A stretch of 64,000 bases of DNA. Origin: Euglena gracilis (taxonomy: Eukaryota). Numbering within the stretch: position 1 is the stretch's first letter; each line of letters opens with the position of its first letter. The notes beneath the pieces are model-generated. The model had not been told where the DNA came from. It was given only the letters and a program-made list of their open reading frames with translations, and ran no database searches. Location: positions 38,773,816-38,837,815 of the forward strand of contig CP154954.1 of assembly GCA_039621445.1 (NCBI GenBank). The letters are read 5' to 3'. The translations under genes and the position numbers were made by a program. This document shows positions 60,935 through 64,000 of the stretch, piece by piece.

Positions 60935-62132
60935 GTCTCAACCAGTTTTTTATGGCAACCGTTTTATGTGGTAACGTTTGGTCATTTTTGGCATTTTTGC
61001 CGGTGGCAGCTTTCAGCCAATTTTGGCTGCCTCTTTGCTGTTTTTGGCTCTTTTGCCACTTTCAACCACTTTTTGCTGCTTCGGGCCTATTTTCGATCAA
61101 ATTTCGACACTCCAGCACCCGCTTCCCCACATCTGCTCCAGTAGCTGCATCCTCACGGCAACTCCGGTAGCGAGATCCCCGCATCCTCGCATCCCCACAT
61201 CCGCTCCAACAGCCGCATCCTCGCATTTCTGCATCCGCCCAAGAGCTGCATCCCCACATCCGCTCCAGTGGCCACACACCCACATCCCCGCTTCCGCACC
61301 AATACCCGCACCCGCATCTGCTCCAGCACCCGCAGCTTGAGGACCTGCGTCCTCTCGAGTGCAGCAGCTAGATCCCCACGTCTGCTCCAGTGGCCGCATG
61401 CACACAGGCCTGCATGTAGGCTTAGAACTGGTGGCAGAGGTTGATTTCCGGAGGAAGGGGAGTGTGGCCGGTTCTGGGACTCTGGACAGCCGCAGGTGCT
61501 TGGTGCCAAGCTCAATTCCTTCTCAGATTTGCGAAGTCCTGAATTTGAGCCCTGCTGTTGCCTCCATCCTGTTGAGGTGTGTTTCCTTCGGGTTTTGTCA
61601 GTGCTGATAATAAGGAGCCATGCATTTATGCATATGAACCAGCATATGACACAACAATGCACATGACACAACTCTGTCGTGATTGGAGGGCCCACTGGGC
61701 CTCTACACAAGAAGGCCCACTGCCTCCTCTTCCGGGGGGCAGGGGGGGGGGCTGAATTGGTTAAGTCGAAAGAATCCCCCCCCCTAAACTTGCAATTCTC
61801 GTGGGTCGCAGCTGAGCTCCAGGCTGGAAAAGTCCAGCATTTGAACCTAATGGCCCCCTCATTCCCAATCAGTGGACAGTTTTTTTGGATTAAAACCCAA
61901 ACCGAATTTTTCTGACAATCGTGAAAACTGCATTTTTGATATTGAATTTTTTTTAACAAATAGGGAATAGGGAATTTGGGGGTCGGGGTTTATTTTATTT
62001 TGGGTCGGATTTGACCCTCCCCTCTCCGAAGAGTCCCCCTTCCACCAATCAAAACAGGTCTTATGGCCCCAGGAGTTTGCAAGTGTGTGATCATTGCGCT
62101 CAGTGAACCCCACCCCCATTTATAACCAGGTT

Positions 62133-63195
62133 TTGAATAGTGCTGAGCTCTTAATAAGCGCGCACCCACCCCTTCATTGACCCCTCCATACATACCGGCC
62201 CACTCCATGGAGCTCTTTTGCCTGAAATCCATGGGTTTTGTGCCAGAAACAGGGCGCCGGTGGGTCGAAAAACGCTCATTTTCGGCTCGAAAACAGTTTT
62301 TCCGGGTCCGGGAGGCCCAAAAGCATCGTTTGGTCAAAAAATTTTTTTTTGATTTTTTTCGACTTTTTCGACCCGGTTTTGACCCAAAGTCAATGGTCGG
62401 CGTCCCAAAACGGGGCGCTGGCGGGTCGAAAAACGCTCGTTTTCGGCTCAAAAACAGTTTTTCCGGGTCCGGGAGGTCAAAAAACATCGTTTCGGGCAAA
62501 AAAAATCTTTTCGATTTTTTTCGACTTTTTTGACCCGGGTTTGACCCAAAGTCAACGGGTCGGCGGTCCAAAACGGGGCGCCGGCGGGTCGAAAAACGCT
62601 CGTTTTCGGCTCAAAAACAGTTTTTCCGGGTCCGGGAGGCCAAAGAACATCGTTTCGGGCAAAAAAAATTTTTTCGATTTTTTTCGATTTTTTTGACCCG
62701 GATTTGACCCAAAGTCAATGGGTCGGCGGCCCAAAACGGGGCGCCGGCGGGTCGAAAAACGCTCGTTTTCGGCTCAAAAACAGTTTTTCCGGGTCCGGGA
62801 GGCCAAAAAACATCGTTTTGGGCCAAAAAAATTTTTTCGATTTTTTTCGACTTTTTTGACCCGGATTTGACCGAAAGTCAATGGGTTGGCGGCCCAAAAC
62901 GGGGCGCTGGCGGGTCGAAAAACGCTCGTTTTCGGCTCGAAAACAGTTTTTCCGGGTCCGGGAGGCCAAAAAACATCGTTTCGGGCAAAATTTTTTTTTG
63001 ATTTTTTTCGACTTTTTTGACCCGGTTTTGACCCAAAGTCAATGGGTCGGCGGCCCAAAACGGGGCGCTGGCGGGTCGAAAAACGCTCGTTTTCGGCTCA
63101 AAAACAGTTTTTCCGGGTCCGGGAGGCCAAAAAACATCGTTTTGGGCCAAAAAAAATTTTTCGATTTTTTTCGACTTTTTCGACCCGGGTTTGAT
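62133..63195 (+). repeat. Truncated GCTGAGCTC element with about six ~162-bp satellite units
   Basis: First ~120 bp match 38430-38550; units start near 62251, 62411, 62574, 62737, 62900 and 63061. Confidence 0.9.
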
Positions 63196-63524
63196 AATTT
63201 TCCCACAACGCTCCAGTTTTACACCCATTTTTGGCCATAATGGGTCAATTTTTGCTAATTTGGGGGCTATTTATCACTGATTTGGCAAATATTGGGCTAC
63301 TTGGGGCCTTTTTGAGCAGATTGTATGGCATTTTTGGCCGTTTTGCGCCTTTTTGGTGATTTTGGGTCATTTTTTCACAATCTTTTGTAGACATTGTTGG
63401 CGTTTTTGGGGCAATTTTTAGTTATTTTGGTTGCTTTTGGGGGCTTTTTGTGGGCAATTTTGGGCTTTTTGTGGCCATTTTTGGGGCTTTTGTAGTTATT
63501 TTGGCTTGATCAGGAGCCAACGGA

Positions 63525-63870
63525 TGAATACTGGACAGATGATGGACAAGATGAAGATGCTACAAGATGCCGATGCTGGACAAGATGCAAATGCTGGACA
63601 CGATGCAGATACTGGACAAGATGCCAATGCTGGACAAGATGAACTGGATGGTTGCTGGACAAGATGCCGATGCTGGACAAAATGCAGATGCTAGACAAGA
63701 TGCAGATACTGGACAAGATGCCGATGCTGGACAAGATGAACTGGATGCAGACACTGGACAAGATGCAGATTCAGTTGTTGGACAAGATGCTGATGCTGGA
63801 CAAGATGCAGATGCTAAACAAAATCAGATACTGGACAAGATGCCGATGCTGGACAAGATGAATTGGATGC
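63525..63870. repeat. 18-bp minisatellite GATGCTGGACAAGATGC(A/C)
   Basis: Seen directly. Confidence 0.9.
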
Positions 63871-64000
63871 AGGCAAGGACAGCCACCGGATCCCACCGGA
63901 TCCCACCGGATCCCACCATCTCCACCATCTTTGGTTGCTTTTTGACCACTTTGACCACTTTTGGCTGCTTTTTGCCCACATTGACCACTTTTGACTGCTT

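Overview
Eukaryotic, extremely repeat-dense window; almost all listed ORFs are spurious products of homopolymer-rich elements. The main real content is one minus-strand gene (about 22,044 to 1,411; 19 reconstructed exons, about 1,300 codons, 5' end not found). It encodes a Pro-rich and EP-rich repeat protein followed by several hydrophobic segments. Five introns are GT-AG. Thirteen are non-canonical: their ends base-pair, with a CAG-like triplet at +4..+6 pairing with a CTG-like triplet at -8..-6. That is the known signature of euglenid nonconventional introns, so the source is inferred to be a euglenid. The window is packed with, often nested, MITEs with CAG...CTG termini and exact 8-bp target-site duplications (hAT-like). 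Cutting 3 nt before CAG and 5 nt after CTG removes the element plus exactly one 8-bp TSD, so each such insertion is a ready-made scarless intron in either orientation. One young MITE sits exactly on an intron/exon junction in this register, older introns keep decayed TSDs, and a decayed hAT (ZNF862-like) transposase lies near 59.7-60.2 kb. Also present: 7-bp-TSD, TA-TSD and Merlin-like elements, long palindromes, a ~162-bp satellite, and micro- and minisatellites. All gene structure was derived by hand, without transcript data.
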